Assembly (NCBI GenBank): GCA_964016885.1
Contig: OZ024745.1
Coordinates: 82,274,001-82,338,000 of the forward strand
Origin: Eledone cirrhosa
Lineage: Eukaryota
DNA: 64,000 nt
Direction: 5' to 3'
Part shown: piece after piece, positions 28,790 through 42,719 of the stretch
Position numbering within the stretch: the first letter of the stretch is position 1
How the letters are laid out: every line of letters begins with the position of its first letter
Notes under the pieces: generated by a model
What the model saw: only the letters and a program-made list of their open reading frames with translations
Databases searched by the model: none
What the model was told of the DNA's origin: nothing
Program-made: the position numbers and the translations under genes

Positions 28790-31700
28790 CCCCGTGACCA
28801 AGAAATACCGGGATGGCGGCCGGCGGGGAATAGCCGTGTCTCTAGGGGAGAACGACCCCTCTAGTCTTGGTTGACACTCGTTCTAGAAGTGGTAACACGA
28901 AATGATTACCCCTTGGCCGATAAGGATAAAACGCGACAAAATAAAGTAAATGTCTAATGATAAAATCTCATACCGGATCGGCCGTCACCCGGGTAAAAAA
29001 GGGCCGCGTCCCTCAGAGAGGAACCAGACTGGGGTCGAAAAATCAGCTAATGGTTCAAACATTCCCATCACTTCGGAGCTGGAGACCTCCCATAACCAGA
29101 ATACTCCTACTGTTGGCCCTCCATGCTCACCACCAAGAAATCCAAAGAAAAAGAGAGAAAAATGGTCAAGGGAAGATAATAAAGAAGTCCTTGAGGCTTT
29201 CTACACTGCCATGTACTACCCATCAAATACATCTAATACAGAACAGACATATATCAACTGGAAAAAGAAACATCCCGAAAACAGAGGCTATATTGACAGT
29301 AACAAACTAGCCAATATACGAAGAAATATTGTAAGAAAAAAGTTACTAACTGATATAGAAATTGATCAGATCAAGCTATTAGCACAAAGTCAGCGAAGGG
29401 AAAATGAAACATGTGTCAGTGAAAACGAGGTAAACTGTAACACTTCGAACCCCAGGGTTGGGGCGGAATCACTGGCAACAGAACAAATTAAAGAAAGGAT
29501 CGAAAAAGTGGAGGGTGTGCATGCTCAGGATGAAACTCCAAATGAAAATAATGAGATCGTAAATGATAAAGAAATGAATGAGAATGAACTTGCCAACTTG
29601 AGGGATGAAATTATGATCGAATGGATGAAAATGAAAGAATCTGACATGGGGCAACGAGACACTCTCCCTAAGATCCAGAACTCCAAACAGAACCAAAAGA
29701 TAATACACAAGACTAACATAATTCTCAAAACATTATCATCACGAACAAACTAAACATTACTGATTTAAATCATCTCTATTATGCATCGGCTAAAGTCACC
29801 ACTCACTTATGTGGAGTGAAGATGAAAAAACAAAGGAATTCCCACAAGAAATCTACTTGGCAAGAGAACATCAATCGCCAAATAAACCTTCTCCGATCTG
29901 ACATAGAAATTTTAACAAACTATAAAGTAGGTGAACATGTTAAACAAACTAAACTTAGGAAATTGAAAAGAAAGTACAGTATAAAATCAACATGTGACAT
30001 AGACATGCTGATAGAAATAATCAAGCTAAAAGTGTCGGCCAAAGCTGCTCGTATAAGGCGCTTTGAAAAACGATCTAGATTCTATAAGGACAATAATATG
30101 TTCAAAAACAACCAAAGAAACTTCTACAGAAAAATTGGTAAGTCAACAATAACTGCTAAATCAATACCACCCAAGGAGGAAGTGCAAGAATTCTGGGAAA
30201 AGATCTGGGCCGAAGAAAAAGTTCATAACATACATGCCCCATGGATAGACAGACAAATGAAAGATACAGCTCACCTTGAGAAACAAATATGGGAAAATAT
30301 AACAGTTGAACAGTTGCGCCTGGCTCTAAGAAAAACCAGCAAATGGAAATCCCCAGGAAAAGACAAAATACAAAACTTTTGGATAAATGCCTTCACAGAG
30401 TCTCATGAGCTGTTAGCCCAACTTTACAATGAAATATTTACGGAGCCAGAAAAGATACCATCATGGCTAGTTAACGGCATTACATTCCTGCTTCCGAATA
30501 ATGATGAGACAAACAATCCCAAAAATTACAGACCGATAACTTGCTTGACCACAATGTATAAAATTTTAACATCAGTCCTAACTGAATACACATATGACCA
30601 CCTGATAACAAATGACCTATTTCCCATTGAGCAGAAAGGGTGTAAACGAGGCTCATATGGCTGTAAGGATCAGCTTCTGGTTAACAAAATGATACTGGAA
30701 GATTGTCATAATAGACACAAAAATCTATCGATTGCTTGGATAGATTATAAAAAAGCATTCGATAGTTTGCCACACAGTTGGATTGAAAAATGTTTAGAGA
30801 TTTTCAAAATATCCCCCGTTGTGAGGAGGTTTTTGTCATTCAGTATGAAGACATGGAAAACGACACTCCTTTTGAATAGTGAAACAAAATCACTGGAAGC
30901 TGGAGAAGTTAATATTAATTGTGGAATTTTTCAGGGTGACTCTTTATCACCGCTTTTATTCTGCATCGCACTTATACCATTAAGTAAAATGCTCAATGAA
31001 ACAAAACATGGATATAAAGTCTATGACAAAACCATTAATCACTTGTTCTACATGGATGACCTGAAACTATTTGCAAAAAATGATGAACAATTGCAAGGTC
31101 TATTATCCACTGTAGAGCAGTTCAGTGATGACATTAAAATGGAGTTTGGACTAGATAAATGCGCCAAAGCAACGTTCACGAGAGGAAAGCTGCTGAAGAG
31201 TTCAGACATTAATCTTGATCGGGGGAACGTGATAAGAGAGCTTGATCAAGAAAAAACTTACAAATATCTAGGTGTTTGTGAAGGAGACGGAATCAAGCAC
31301 TCGACAATGAGGGAAAGGATAAGGAAGGAATGTTACCGCAGAGTGAGAGCAATCTTAAGAACGGAATTGAATGCAAGGAATAGGATCGATGCCATAAACA
31401 CGCTTGCCATACCAGTAGTAACCTACAGTTACAATGTCATCAACTGGTCAAGCACAGAGATTGGTAGGCTCGATACAAAAATTCGAAAATTCTTAACCAT
31501 GCACAGAATGCATCACCCTAAGGCAGATATAGATAGAATATATCTCCCTAGGAAAGAAGGAGGACGTGGGTTAATCCAGTTAGACATTGCGTTGAAAACT
31601 GCAACAATTGGATTATCTACATATCTAAGGGAATCACATGATTGGATGATCAAACTCGTTTTGAAACACGAAAGCATCAAAAGATCATATTCCATTACAA

Positions 31701-32740
31701 AAGATACACAAAGATACAGTAATGGACTACAAATTTCAGAAGTCCCATTTACTGCTGAAATGGAAAACACAGAAAAAGCAAAGCAGGTAAAAGTAACTGC
31801 AAAGAAAGAACTGCTACAGAAACTGGCTAAGAAAAGGCAAGAAAAGCCTCTGTATGGAAAATACCCAGAACGAGCTAACAATCCTGATGTTGACAAAACT
31901 TTAACCCATCAGTGGTTGGCATCCTCTGGACTGAAATCGGAGACTGAAGGACTGATTATATCAGCACAAGATCAGTTTCTGCCAACAAAAAATTACCAAG
32001 CCAACATAATAAAAAATGGATGCAGCCCATTATGCCGTGTATGCAAAAAACAACCAGAGACCATTGACCATATAATTTCAATGTGCAGTCCTATAGCTCC
32101 AACCGAATACCTAAACAGGCATGACAGAGCGGCACAATACATACATTGGATAATGTGTAAGCATTTTGACCTGCCCCATCAAAAGAATTGGTGGGAGCAT
32201 CAACCACCTACCATACTTGAAAAAGATCACATCTCAATCTTGTGGAACTTTAGCATCCAAACAGACCGAAAAATAGATGCAAATAGACCTGATATAATAT
32301 TGAAGGACTTTAAAAAGGGTATGGCTGCTAATTGATATGTCCGTTCCAATAGACAAGAATGTATCTATAAAAACATTTGAAAAATTGAGCAAGTTTAAGG
32401 ACCTAGAGATAGAAATTGGAAAAATGTGGAAATTGAGAACTAAAACAATACCAGTGGTTGTAGGCGCTCTGGGAATGATACCTAAGGGGTCTAATGATTA
32501 CTTATCGCAAATCCCAGGAAACCCGCGTATAGGAGAAATACAAAAGATAGTACTAATGGGAACTGCCCATATACTAAGGAAGATTCTGTCAATATAAGTA
32601 CATCACAAGTCTAAACACTATAGATGCATGTGTGAGTATGTATGTTCTTTCTTGAACATGGCGGACCTTATTGTCTCTTGAGATCACTGGTTGTGACTTG
32701 GTGATAAGTCGTATGAACATAAAGCAAGATAAATGCAACT

Positions 32741-32742
<2 letters not shown>
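28790..32742 (+). mobile_element. R4/Dong-clade non-LTR retrotransposon, near full length
   Basis: GC-rich 5' UTR, RT plus CCHC plus restriction-like endonuclease, (TAA)n immediately 3'. Confidence 0.92.
28950..32597 (+). pseudogene. Dong/R4 polyprotein (N-terminal domain, RT, CCHC, RLE) broken by two frameshifts (about 29740 and 32320)
   Basis: KWSREDNKEVLEAFY; WKSPGKDKIQNFW; YRPITCL; GIFQGDSLSPLLF; HLFYMDDLKLF; CRVC..ETIDHIISMC; RHD; NRPDIIL; KFKDLEIE; PVVVGALG. Confidence 0.92.

Positions 32743-32793
<51 letters not shown>
32742..32793. repeat. (TAA)n tail/target between two Dong elements
   Basis: Direct reading. Confidence 0.92.
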
Positions 32794-35513
32794 TGGAAAG
32801 CTTGAGTCCCTACTGACATTGGAAAGCTTGAGTCCCTACTGAATGGGACACTAAAAAACATAGACACTAAAAATAGACTGGAAATAAAGTACAAAACTAG
32901 GAGGAAAAAGCTAAATATTATCATAGAGGAACTGAAGCAACGCATTGTAGCAAAGAGTGCAAAAATCAGGCGATACGAGAACAGAGTCAGCCAGTATAGA
33001 CAGAACCGCATGTTCGACAACAACCAGAAGATGCTGTTTGGACAGCTTGAGGGGAAAGAAAGAGGCAACGACTTGATCCCTGAGGCGGAACAAACTAAAA
33101 CATTCTGGAGAGAAATATGGGAGCAGGATGTTAAACATAATGACCAGGCAGTGTGGATTGAGACAGTACAGAAGGAGATCAGTGAACAAGCACGCCAACA
33201 AACTGATTTGAGTATCACAGTTGAAACTCTTAAGGGGTAGGCCAAAAAACTAACCAACTGGAAACCAACTGGAAATCACCTGGCCCAGATGGTGTGCAGG
33301 GGTATTGGATTAAAAACATAACATCCCTCCACCCGAAACTGACAATCATGTTCAATGACTGCTTGATGTCAGGTGAGGTACCAGAGTGGTTGACAAAAGG
33401 TACCACAGTTCTGATAATGAAAGACCGAATCAAGGGTAATGATGTTACCAACTATAGACCTATCACATGTCTGTCCGTAATGTGGAAACTGTTGACAAGC
33501 ATTATGTCTGAGGAAATATACCATCACCTCCACACAAACAACTTGTTACCGGACGAACAGAAAGGATGCCGAAAGAAGTCACGTGGTACAAAGGACCAGT
33601 TACTTATTGATAAGATGGTAATGAGGAATTGCAAGAGGAGACACACTGGTCTTGCCATGGGATGGAAAGACTACAAAAAGGCATTTGACATGGTGCCTCA
33701 TTCTTGGATCACCAAAAGCCTGGAGATCTTCAAGGTGGCAGATAACATCAGGCAGTTGTTGGGCAAAAGTATGAAGTCCTGGGAAACAGAGTTAACATCA
33801 ACTGGAGAATCCTTGGGAAGCGTGAAGATCAAGAGACGTATCTTCCAGGGAGATAGTCTGTCCCCTCTGTTGTTTGTCCTTGCCCTGATGCCCCTGACCA
33901 GTGTACTGCGAAAAGTGAGAGCAGGATACAGGTTGGGAAAGGGAGGGCTTACCATCAATCACCTCCTCTTCATGGACGATCTTAAGCTCTTCGGGAAGAG
34001 TGAGAAGGAGTTGGATGTGCTTGTTGAGACTGTCCGTATTTTCAGCAATGATATATGTATGCAATTTGGTATTAGTAAGTGTGGAGTAATTGTGATGAGG
34101 AGGGGTAAGTTGAGCAGAAGTAACGGAATCCAGATACCAACAGGTGAGATGATAAAAGAAATTGACTCTGAGGAAGGATACAAGTATTTGGGCGTTCTGG
34201 AGGCTGATGACATCAAGAACAAAAAAATGAAGGAATTGATAAGAACTGGATACCTTCGGAGAGTAAGGAGCGTATTAAAGTCACATCTGAACAGTAGGAA
34301 TGCCATAAGTGCAGTAAATTCCCGAGCTGTGTCTATTATTAGGTACAGTGCGGGAATTCTGAGATGGAATGTTGCTGAACAAAAAGAAATGGATAGGAAG
34401 ACTAGGAAGCTATTCACTATCTACAATATGTTACACAAGAGGAGTGATGTCGATAGACTCTACTTAAGGAGATCTGAGGGTGGAAGAGGTCTTATCAGCA
34501 TAGAGGACTATGTTCAGATGGAGAAAAACAACCTACACAAATACGTGACTGATAGTAAGGAGCCAATGCTCAGAGCTGTACTGAAGGAGGAGACAATAGG
34601 CCAGGGGATGTCCAAGGAGGAAATAACATCAAGGAGAAAGAGCAGCCTTCAGGAAAAATCCCTTCATAGTACCTTCTTTGAGAAAACTGAATTTAGAGAT
34701 CCACAGACATGGAACTGGTTGAAAAGAGGAGACCTTAAAAAGGCTACAGAAGGAATGTTAATGGCTGCGCAGGAGCAGGCCCTCAAAACGAAGTGGTTGA
34801 AACACCACATTTACAAGGAGGAGGCTAGCCCACTGTGCAGGATCTGTGGAGAGAGAGAGAGAGGAGGCTGTGGCTCACATTGTATCCGAGTGTAAACACC
34901 TAGCCCAGACTCACTATAAGGGCTGGAGACATGATGTGATGGGCAGGGTGATCCACTGGCACCTATGCAAAGTAAACAATTTACCACATTCTGAGAAGTG
35001 GTATGAGCATAAGCCAGAGGCGGTGATAGAAAACGATCAGGTGGAGGTGCTGTGGGATTTTAGGATACAGACGGACAAGAAACTGGAACACAATAGACCT
35101 GACCTGGTGGTTTTGGACAAAGAAAAAAGATAGTGCCTGATTGTGGATGTGGCCTGCCCATTAGACACGAGAGTGCAAGAGAAGGAGAGGGAGAAAATTA
35201 ACCGATACCAGGACTTAAAGTGGGAGGTAAAAAGGATTTGGAACTGCCATGAAGTCAAAGTGATCCCGATTGTCATAGGCGCACTAGGGACTATCTCAAA
35301 AAGTTTCCAGGGATGGTTAAAGAAAATTGGCCCCTTCACGCTTTTTGGAACGCTTCAAAAGGCATGCTTGCTGGGAACAGCAAGAACCCTCCGATACGTC
35401 CTGAATATCTGAGGCTGCAGGTAGTGACTTGATATTCATCTCAACAAACTTTCCAGTTAACTAACATCAATGACTGAGACTCAAAGAGTAATAACAATAA
35501 TAATAATAATAAT
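32794..35513 (+). mobile_element. Second R4/Dong-clade element (different family), 5'-truncated, with stops and frameshifts and an (AAT)n tail
   Basis: YRPITCL, IFQGDSLSPLLF, HLLFMDDLKLF, CRICGE, RHD, NRPDLVV, PIVIGALG. Stops at about 33238 and 35131. Frameshift in (GA)n at about 34860. Confidence 0.92.
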
Positions 35514-38500
35514 CTGTATTTTCGAATATTGATATATTACTGAAGTCTTTTCTAGAATTTACAAAAATAAACAGCTTTTTGTGTTGAAGGAAATTATTTA
35601 TTTTTCTTTGAACTATTTATTGATTTACTGATATTTCATGTCTAGATAATTGTTTTACGTTTATGGAAACTCTTCATTTTGTATTAAAAAGTTGTTGTTA
35701 ATTACCATTTTTTTGTAGCTTGTCTGTACTGATGTTTACAAAACAACAATCGCTAAAACAACAGAACCTTCAGGGACAACTCCAAACATCGGATTCAACT
35801 TCTAAATATTTTTTAATATTTTATACCACCCGTAACTTTGTATATTAGTTAGCCAACTGCATATACACTTATCGATATTCGAATTATTATTGATACTTTA
35901 GGGGGAACTTTGAGGACTGTATCTGTTGTAAAATTTGAACTTTCTATCATTGAAGATGGTTGTTCATTGTATTTATCTATCCAGTTTTTATTGAATCTTT
36001 GGGGTTCTTTGTTGAATATCTCACTGTTCATATTCATAGTCCATTGTTGGGGGATGTGATATGGTTTTGTGACGATAATTATTAATATCATTACAATATT
36101 GATGACATTACAATGTGGTAATGAATATTTGCGCTCGTTTGATAGTATACACAATGTGTTAGATAATAAACCCAATGTACTGCAGAATATGTGGTTAATG
36201 TGTTGGATAATGAAGATAAAATATTCTATAGACAGATAAATGAAAATACTCTTTAATCTACAGCAGTTAAAGCGACGTTTTTTTCATACTGTAATCAAAC
36301 CGTCAAATATATATTGTATTTCATCTCGTCGATCATATAACCCTGATTGTTCTTCCTTATATATCTTGCTATCCTCTGGCATTTATATTAGAAAGGAATA
36401 TATTCATACTAATAGTTTTTCATTTCATATTTCATATTAATGCTTTCGTATGTCTTTAAAACACTAATATTTTCACATCTCTCTAAAACATGGGGGTTTA
36501 TAACCTCGACTAGACTGCGTACTTCTCCTAAGGATTCTTTCATCACAGTGTTCATCCTATTGTTCCGTTTGTTGTTCCACGTCACAACCACGGGAGATTT
36601 TGACGTTAATAATATAGCAACACCGTAGCACAAAAGGAATGTTGGCACTATTTTGTTGGCACTTCAAAGTAATTGAAAGGTTCTTCATATAACACTTGAA
36701 TAAACGTCTTTGATGCTTACGTTCCACGTACACCAATTGAAATGTTATTGCCTAAACGTTAGATGTGTTATTTCTAAAGAGATGAAGCGTAATTATAGTG
36801 ATGTTTAATAGAATAGGTCCATCCTGATGTTGTTAGTAATTCAACGTTCAATAGATTTAAAGTGCTTCTATTTCAGTTTTATTCAGTCTGTTTATGATTT
36901 CAACTTCCGAATGAGTATAGAGTTATTACTATAATTATACTTTTGCATTACTCGTTTTCAAACTATCTGAAATTCTCAAGATATTACTTGTAATTGCTGA
37001 GTAAATTTAGTTATTAATTACAATGTTGAACCGTGATGGAGAATGAGATACATTAGCTATAATATTCTACTATATTAACGTATAAAATGATGATAGTCGA
37101 TTTAGTACAGTACTGTTATATATTTCTGTCTACTTGATTTAATGAACTAAAGTAGCTTTACAAAGTTGATTAGGTTTGTAATATTTGTTCTGTAATTAGG
37201 CACAAAACATTATCAAGCCATAAGATGATTAAAAACTCGACTACCTTACATTATCCCGAATGTGTATGCTTTGTCATTCTTAAACGCGCTCTTCTATACA
37301 TGTCAGTGTGAATCTGTTCAAATCGTATTAAAGCCAGAAATCATAAAGCTAACTATAGTATTCAATTTGGTCTTTATAAATTTTGAATTCAATGTTTGTC
37401 GGGGTTGTCTTTATCTTCTTTGTCTTGCATTATTTCAAAGTTCGCCTAGTTAAATAATTACTTGCTTAGACTGAACTGACATGTGTAATCCATCCACCTC
37501 ACTCTACAATAACTTTCTTTTAATGAAAGAAATTGATTTCTATATCATATGTTGGCCAATCTCGCTATCCATTTCGTAGAAGCTTAGTTATTTCATTTAT
37601 TTTGAAAAACAGTCAAAATATAGCTGCCAAAAATAGTTGTATGTTCTCATGGTAACGTTAATAAAAATAGTTGTATGTTCTCTATGTTCTCATGGTAACG
37701 TTAATAAACCAATTTGTTTTTTATTTCGTTTTAAAATTTAAATATTTTGTCATATATTTCTTGGTACTGCAATGACAGTATATACCATGCTAAACACAAA
37801 TTTCGTAAAAGGTAAAATAAAATGTTTGAATTTTTTTCCCTCATTTATTTTTAGACATGAATATGAAATTTACTTACAAAATATTTTTGACGACTGCTAA
37901 TGTCTCATTCTTTTGTGCTTATTTCAAGAAAATAACACTTTCTTTTTATCTTTTAAGCTTATATAAAAAAGAAAATTGATTCAATATTCGATCATAAAAA
38001 TACTTTCAAGATAGATAAACTTTAACTGAAAACTTTAGTGCGATATTTCTAATTATAACTTCAGATAAATTTCAGCAAGTTCAGCATTTCTTTGTAGATA
38101 TTCAAATACTAAAACAACAGCAACAACAAAAACGAAGAGCTATGATAGAAGTGAATGCTATTAAATATACGTAAATGTATAAATGCTAACCAATTGTTTT
38201 CTAGACGTACGTGAAGGAAATATCATTGAGTAAATGAAAATAAATAAAATGACTTGTGGAAGAAATGTGCACATGTTCGGTGAGATCATTAATTAGCAAT
38301 AGAACTTATAGATTTTTTGTATCAGTGGTACACATTTGTAAATTTAAGTGAAATAATAAGTTTGATTAAATCAACTGCAAAACTTCATTGGTATTTTAAT
38401 TTATCGACCCCGGATAGAAAAATAAATTGGTGACCTCGGCGAAATTTGAACCCACAAAGAAATAGATCGTATCTAAATAACACAATCTACCACCCATGAA

Positions 38501-39220
38501 AATGGGACAAAATTATATTCACATATAGTTCGTAAAATCTGTATATAACACACGTATCTGATATAACACACACACGTACACACAAGTCACGTACGGATAT
38601 ACATACATAAACACACACACACACATAAACTGTGTTTTTTTAATGATTTCATGCGCTAAAAGCTTGTAACGTTTAATATTGTATATTAAGCTCAACGTAG
38701 TTCCATGTGTGCATTTATATTAAACTATTGCTACCATAATAAATATACAATGGTTTCACACTGAAATTCTAGTGGATATTAAGTTCTAATGGATATGGTT
38801 GTTTCTTTCCGCGATCGCTGAGAGCAGATTAACACTCGGATACCAAAAAGAATGTAATGTAAACATATAAGAGTATAAATACAATCATTTACATGCGTCG
38901 TACTTGGTACACACTCTCACACAAATTATATACACACTATATATATATATATTAGAAAGAGTCGAGGTTCGAGGGCTGAGATCTTGCCATTTCAACAGCT
39001 AGTTCCAGACTGGAACTAGATGTTGAAACAGCAAGAACTCAGCCATATTCTATGTATGTATAAATCTGTAACTCCTGACTGAGTTGTAGTGGGCATTTGA
39101 AACCTGGTTGACGCCCAACCCTTCTCCATATCTAAACACGCCCATTTTCTTCCAGAGAAGGAGAGCGTGAGTGTGCGTGTATGTGTGTGTGTATATATAT
39201 ATGTGTGTGTGTATATATAT

Positions 39221-39267
<47 letters not shown>

Positions 39268-39710
39268 GGAGAGAGAGAGAGGGGGAGAGGGAGAGATGGG
39301 GAAATAGAGAGGATGTAAAAAGAGATATATACACATTAATCAATTTGGATAAAACGAAAATTAAACACGATGATTGTAAACAAAGGAGCTCCGTAGAGCA
39401 TATTTGGACGTTTAAATTAGCTAAATGGTTTGAAAATCTTCTTCTCATGTCTAACGTCCAAATCTATTATTTTTCTAGCTTAATGTTTTCTCTTTCTATT
39501 TTCTTTCTTGCAATGTTCTCTCTTTCTATTTTCTTTCTTGCAATGTTCTCTCTTTCTCTCTTTATTTTCTCTTGACAAAGTTGTTTTGCACACTGTTCAT
39601 CATTTCGTTTCTAGTTAGAGACACCCTGATTTGTAGTCCATCGTCCCGATAAATTCCACCGCGAAGTTGAGGAATTTTCCGATTCAAAGAGTTCAAAATA
39701 AAGATACCAA

Positions 39711-41060
39711 TTCGCGGTGGAATTTATCGGGACGATGGACTTTTTACTATCTTAAATTGCAACATAGTTAACCTTAATATTATTAAGAACAATATACGTG
39801 ATCTCTTTAACCAACATAACTTAAAAATTGAATTTGATAACAACATCAAACTAGCTAACTTCTTGGATATATCCCTTAATCTTGACACTGGCCTATATTA
39901 CCCTTACCATAAAAACAATGAGAATCTAAATTATGTTAATTTTAAATCTAACCACCCCACTAACATTAAAAATGCTATAGTTAGTAATTTTGGAAAAAGA
40001 ATATCAAACCTATCATCTAATAAAAATATCTTTGATGCTAACGCCAATTACTATAATAACGCGCTTTCTAAAGCCGGTTATCCTGATAAAATCAAATACA
40101 GTAAAGAAACCAATCCTAGAAGATCTTACAGTAAAATAATTAATTATGATCATTCCAATAACATTAATAAAAGACCTAGATACAAAAATATAATCTGGTA
40201 TAATGCTCCTTTCTCCATTTCTATTAATAATAATATTCCTAAATTATTCTTTAGTGCCTTAAATAAATGCTTCCCTCCCTCACATATCTATAGTAAAATA
40301 TTTAACAAACATACAATAACAATTTCCTATTCCACCTCCTCCAACATCTCCAACATTATCGCTAAACACAACAATAAAATATTAAATACTAAATCACTTC
40401 CTTCCAACACTGAATGTCATAATAATAGCAGTAGTACTCCCGACGTCATTGTTAACTCTAGGCTAGTTTCTGAAAACCCAAATACGACGTCAAACGTAAC
40501 TTCGTCAAATGTTCTTAATACCAATCTAAATCAGAAAACTATTATTCCTATCGTAAATAACTTCTACAATCCAATTCCTCATATAGATAACACTAGGTCA
40601 TTTGTTAATAACTCTGTTAATTTCTCTAATCGCAATTGTAATTGCCCTGTTAAAAATAAATGTCCTCTCAACAACCATTGTCTTGAAAAAAACTTAATCT
40701 ATGAATGTAAAGTTATAACTGACACCAATTCCTTTACCTATTTTGGCTCCACTTCCACCTCCTTTAAAGCCCGTTTTTATAATCACAATTCTTCTTTTAA
40801 ATACCAACTTAAAAGAACCAACACAGCACTCTCAGAACTCATATGGTCCCTGAAAGACAAAAATATTAACTATAACATCTCTTGGAGGAAAGTTGTTCTG
40901 CCTCTCCCTACTTGAATGCCTAGCCAGAACGTGTAATATTTGTTTATGTGAGAAATTTACCATTATATCTAATTTAGATTCTATAATAAATAGACGCACT
41001 GACTTTATTTCTCTCTGCTTGCATAAATTCCACAGAACATTCCATAAAGTATACAGCTAA
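39711..41060 (+). pseudogene. PLE RT thumb plus GIY-YIG endonuclease (truncated, late frameshift)
   Basis: GGIYRDDGL..ANFLDISLNL..KSNHP..IIWYNAPFS..CNC..KCPLNNHCL..LIYECKV..YFGST..FKARFYNH, then CNICLCEKF in another frame. Confidence 0.88.
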
Positions 41061-42303
41061 TATCTAATACTTTACCAGTTTAAAATCCTTTTTCTCAAAG
41101 GCTTATATATATATTTATTTAAAAATATATCCATCTTTCTACCTTATTTCAATGTTATTTATTATACATTATATAATACTAGTTACTCATTCTATATCAT
41201 TCCTATTTATCACTTTCCTTTTCTTCCTCTTTTCTTTTAATTTCTAACCTCTAATCTGTACTTTTTCTTCCTAAATACTTCTCAATTCTTATTATTACTC
41301 ACCACAATATATCCATTCTTCCTTCTTCCTATCATTGGCCATAAAACTTATTATTACCTTTTAAATACTTTATAGTATTACCTCTAAAAATCCTTCGCAA
41401 ACATAAACATTTTTGACGTTAGATTATTCCTTCTCAGTTCATTATATTTTTCTCCCTTTCATGCTCGTCTAACTTTTACATATTGCATATCACAATACAT
41501 AAAAACAAACTTAAACCCTAACTAATCTCCTTTATTACATTATATTATTACCATTAGGAAATACTTCATAATCATATATATTTTGATGTTAAAGTCTTCT
41601 CTTCCTTAAACAATATTTTCTTCTTTGCTTTCTGCGCTCATTTGTAAACAAACTATTTACATATATTACGCATACATATTACATTACATAAAAACAAACT
41701 TAAACACTAACTAACTCCTCTAAATTCATAATTTATCCCCTCTTATACTTCTTTTCACATTATATCCTTAATAACATTAATATTTTTATTTTAATAATAC
41801 ATATTAACAATTTCTTTTCATCGCACATATTATTAAACCCTTCAATATACAAACCTTAATTTAATATTATTCTTAATACATATTAACAATTTCTTTTCAT
41901 CGCATATATTATTAAACCCTTCAATATACAAACCTTAATTTAATATTATTCTTAATTTTTTTCTCTTCATTAATTTTTTTTCTCTTCATCAATTTTCAAA
42001 TTCTTTTAAATTATATATTATCTTCCAACGGCTTTTTAACCTCTCCCTGTGAAACAATATATATTTTTCTCAGTTATAAAGGGTATCGCTCTCTTTCTAT
42101 CACCCATCTCTCCTATCTCATCCTTCCTTATTATACTCCTCCCCCACCATTCTTTACTCTCATCTCCTCCTCTTTTTCACCCTTTCCACCCACCCCTCAT
42201 TGTTTTCCCAATATCACACACCAATCTTAAATTATTTTTCATATGTTGATTTAAAACTTCACTATTCACAAGTGTTTTTTAACCTTCATATCATGTCTCC
42301 CTA

Positions 42304-42370
42304 TTTTATCTGACGAAAACGCAAATATCATCTCATGATGATATTTGTTTTTGAAATGCGCATAATAAAA
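42304..42370 (+). ncRNA. Type I hammerhead ribozyme of the PLE
   Basis: ttttat-CTGACGA-aaac gcaaatatcatc tcat gatgatatttgt tttt-GAAA-tgcgca-TA-ataaaa. Confidence 0.85.
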
Positions 42371-42492
42371 TACCTGGAACTCTTTTAACCATCTTTTGAT
42401 CTTATATTATTTATACTCGAGTCCTACAAACTGTAGAGTGCTACTTATCCGATATCTGCATTGCTTTATTGTACTACAATAAAACTCACCTC

Positions 42493-42536
<44 letters not shown>

Positions 42537-42719
42537 CGTTTCTGAATTTGTTTAGCAAGATTCTTTATCTGAAAACGTGTGTTGAAACCGGTATTGTTAT
42601 ACTTTGGGAGGGTCATGTTGCCAATAAGAAACACACGCACAGTAGCTTTCACTTCAATTTATTATAATAAATTTATAAATTTAGGAATTTATAAATTTCC
42701 GGTTGGTTGGTTCCACAAC

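Larger units (their letters stand above)
39690..42410 (+). mobile_element. Penelope-like element (tentatively Hydra clade), 5'-truncated, long AT-rich 3' region ending in an HHR
   Basis: RT C-terminal half and GIY-YIG endonuclease. HHR at 42304. Confidence 0.85.

Noticed and set aside
35880-36650. Possible ancient R4/Dong fragment on the minus strand
   Set aside because: Only weak peptide resemblance (FNKNWIDKYNEQ) and no diagnostic motif.
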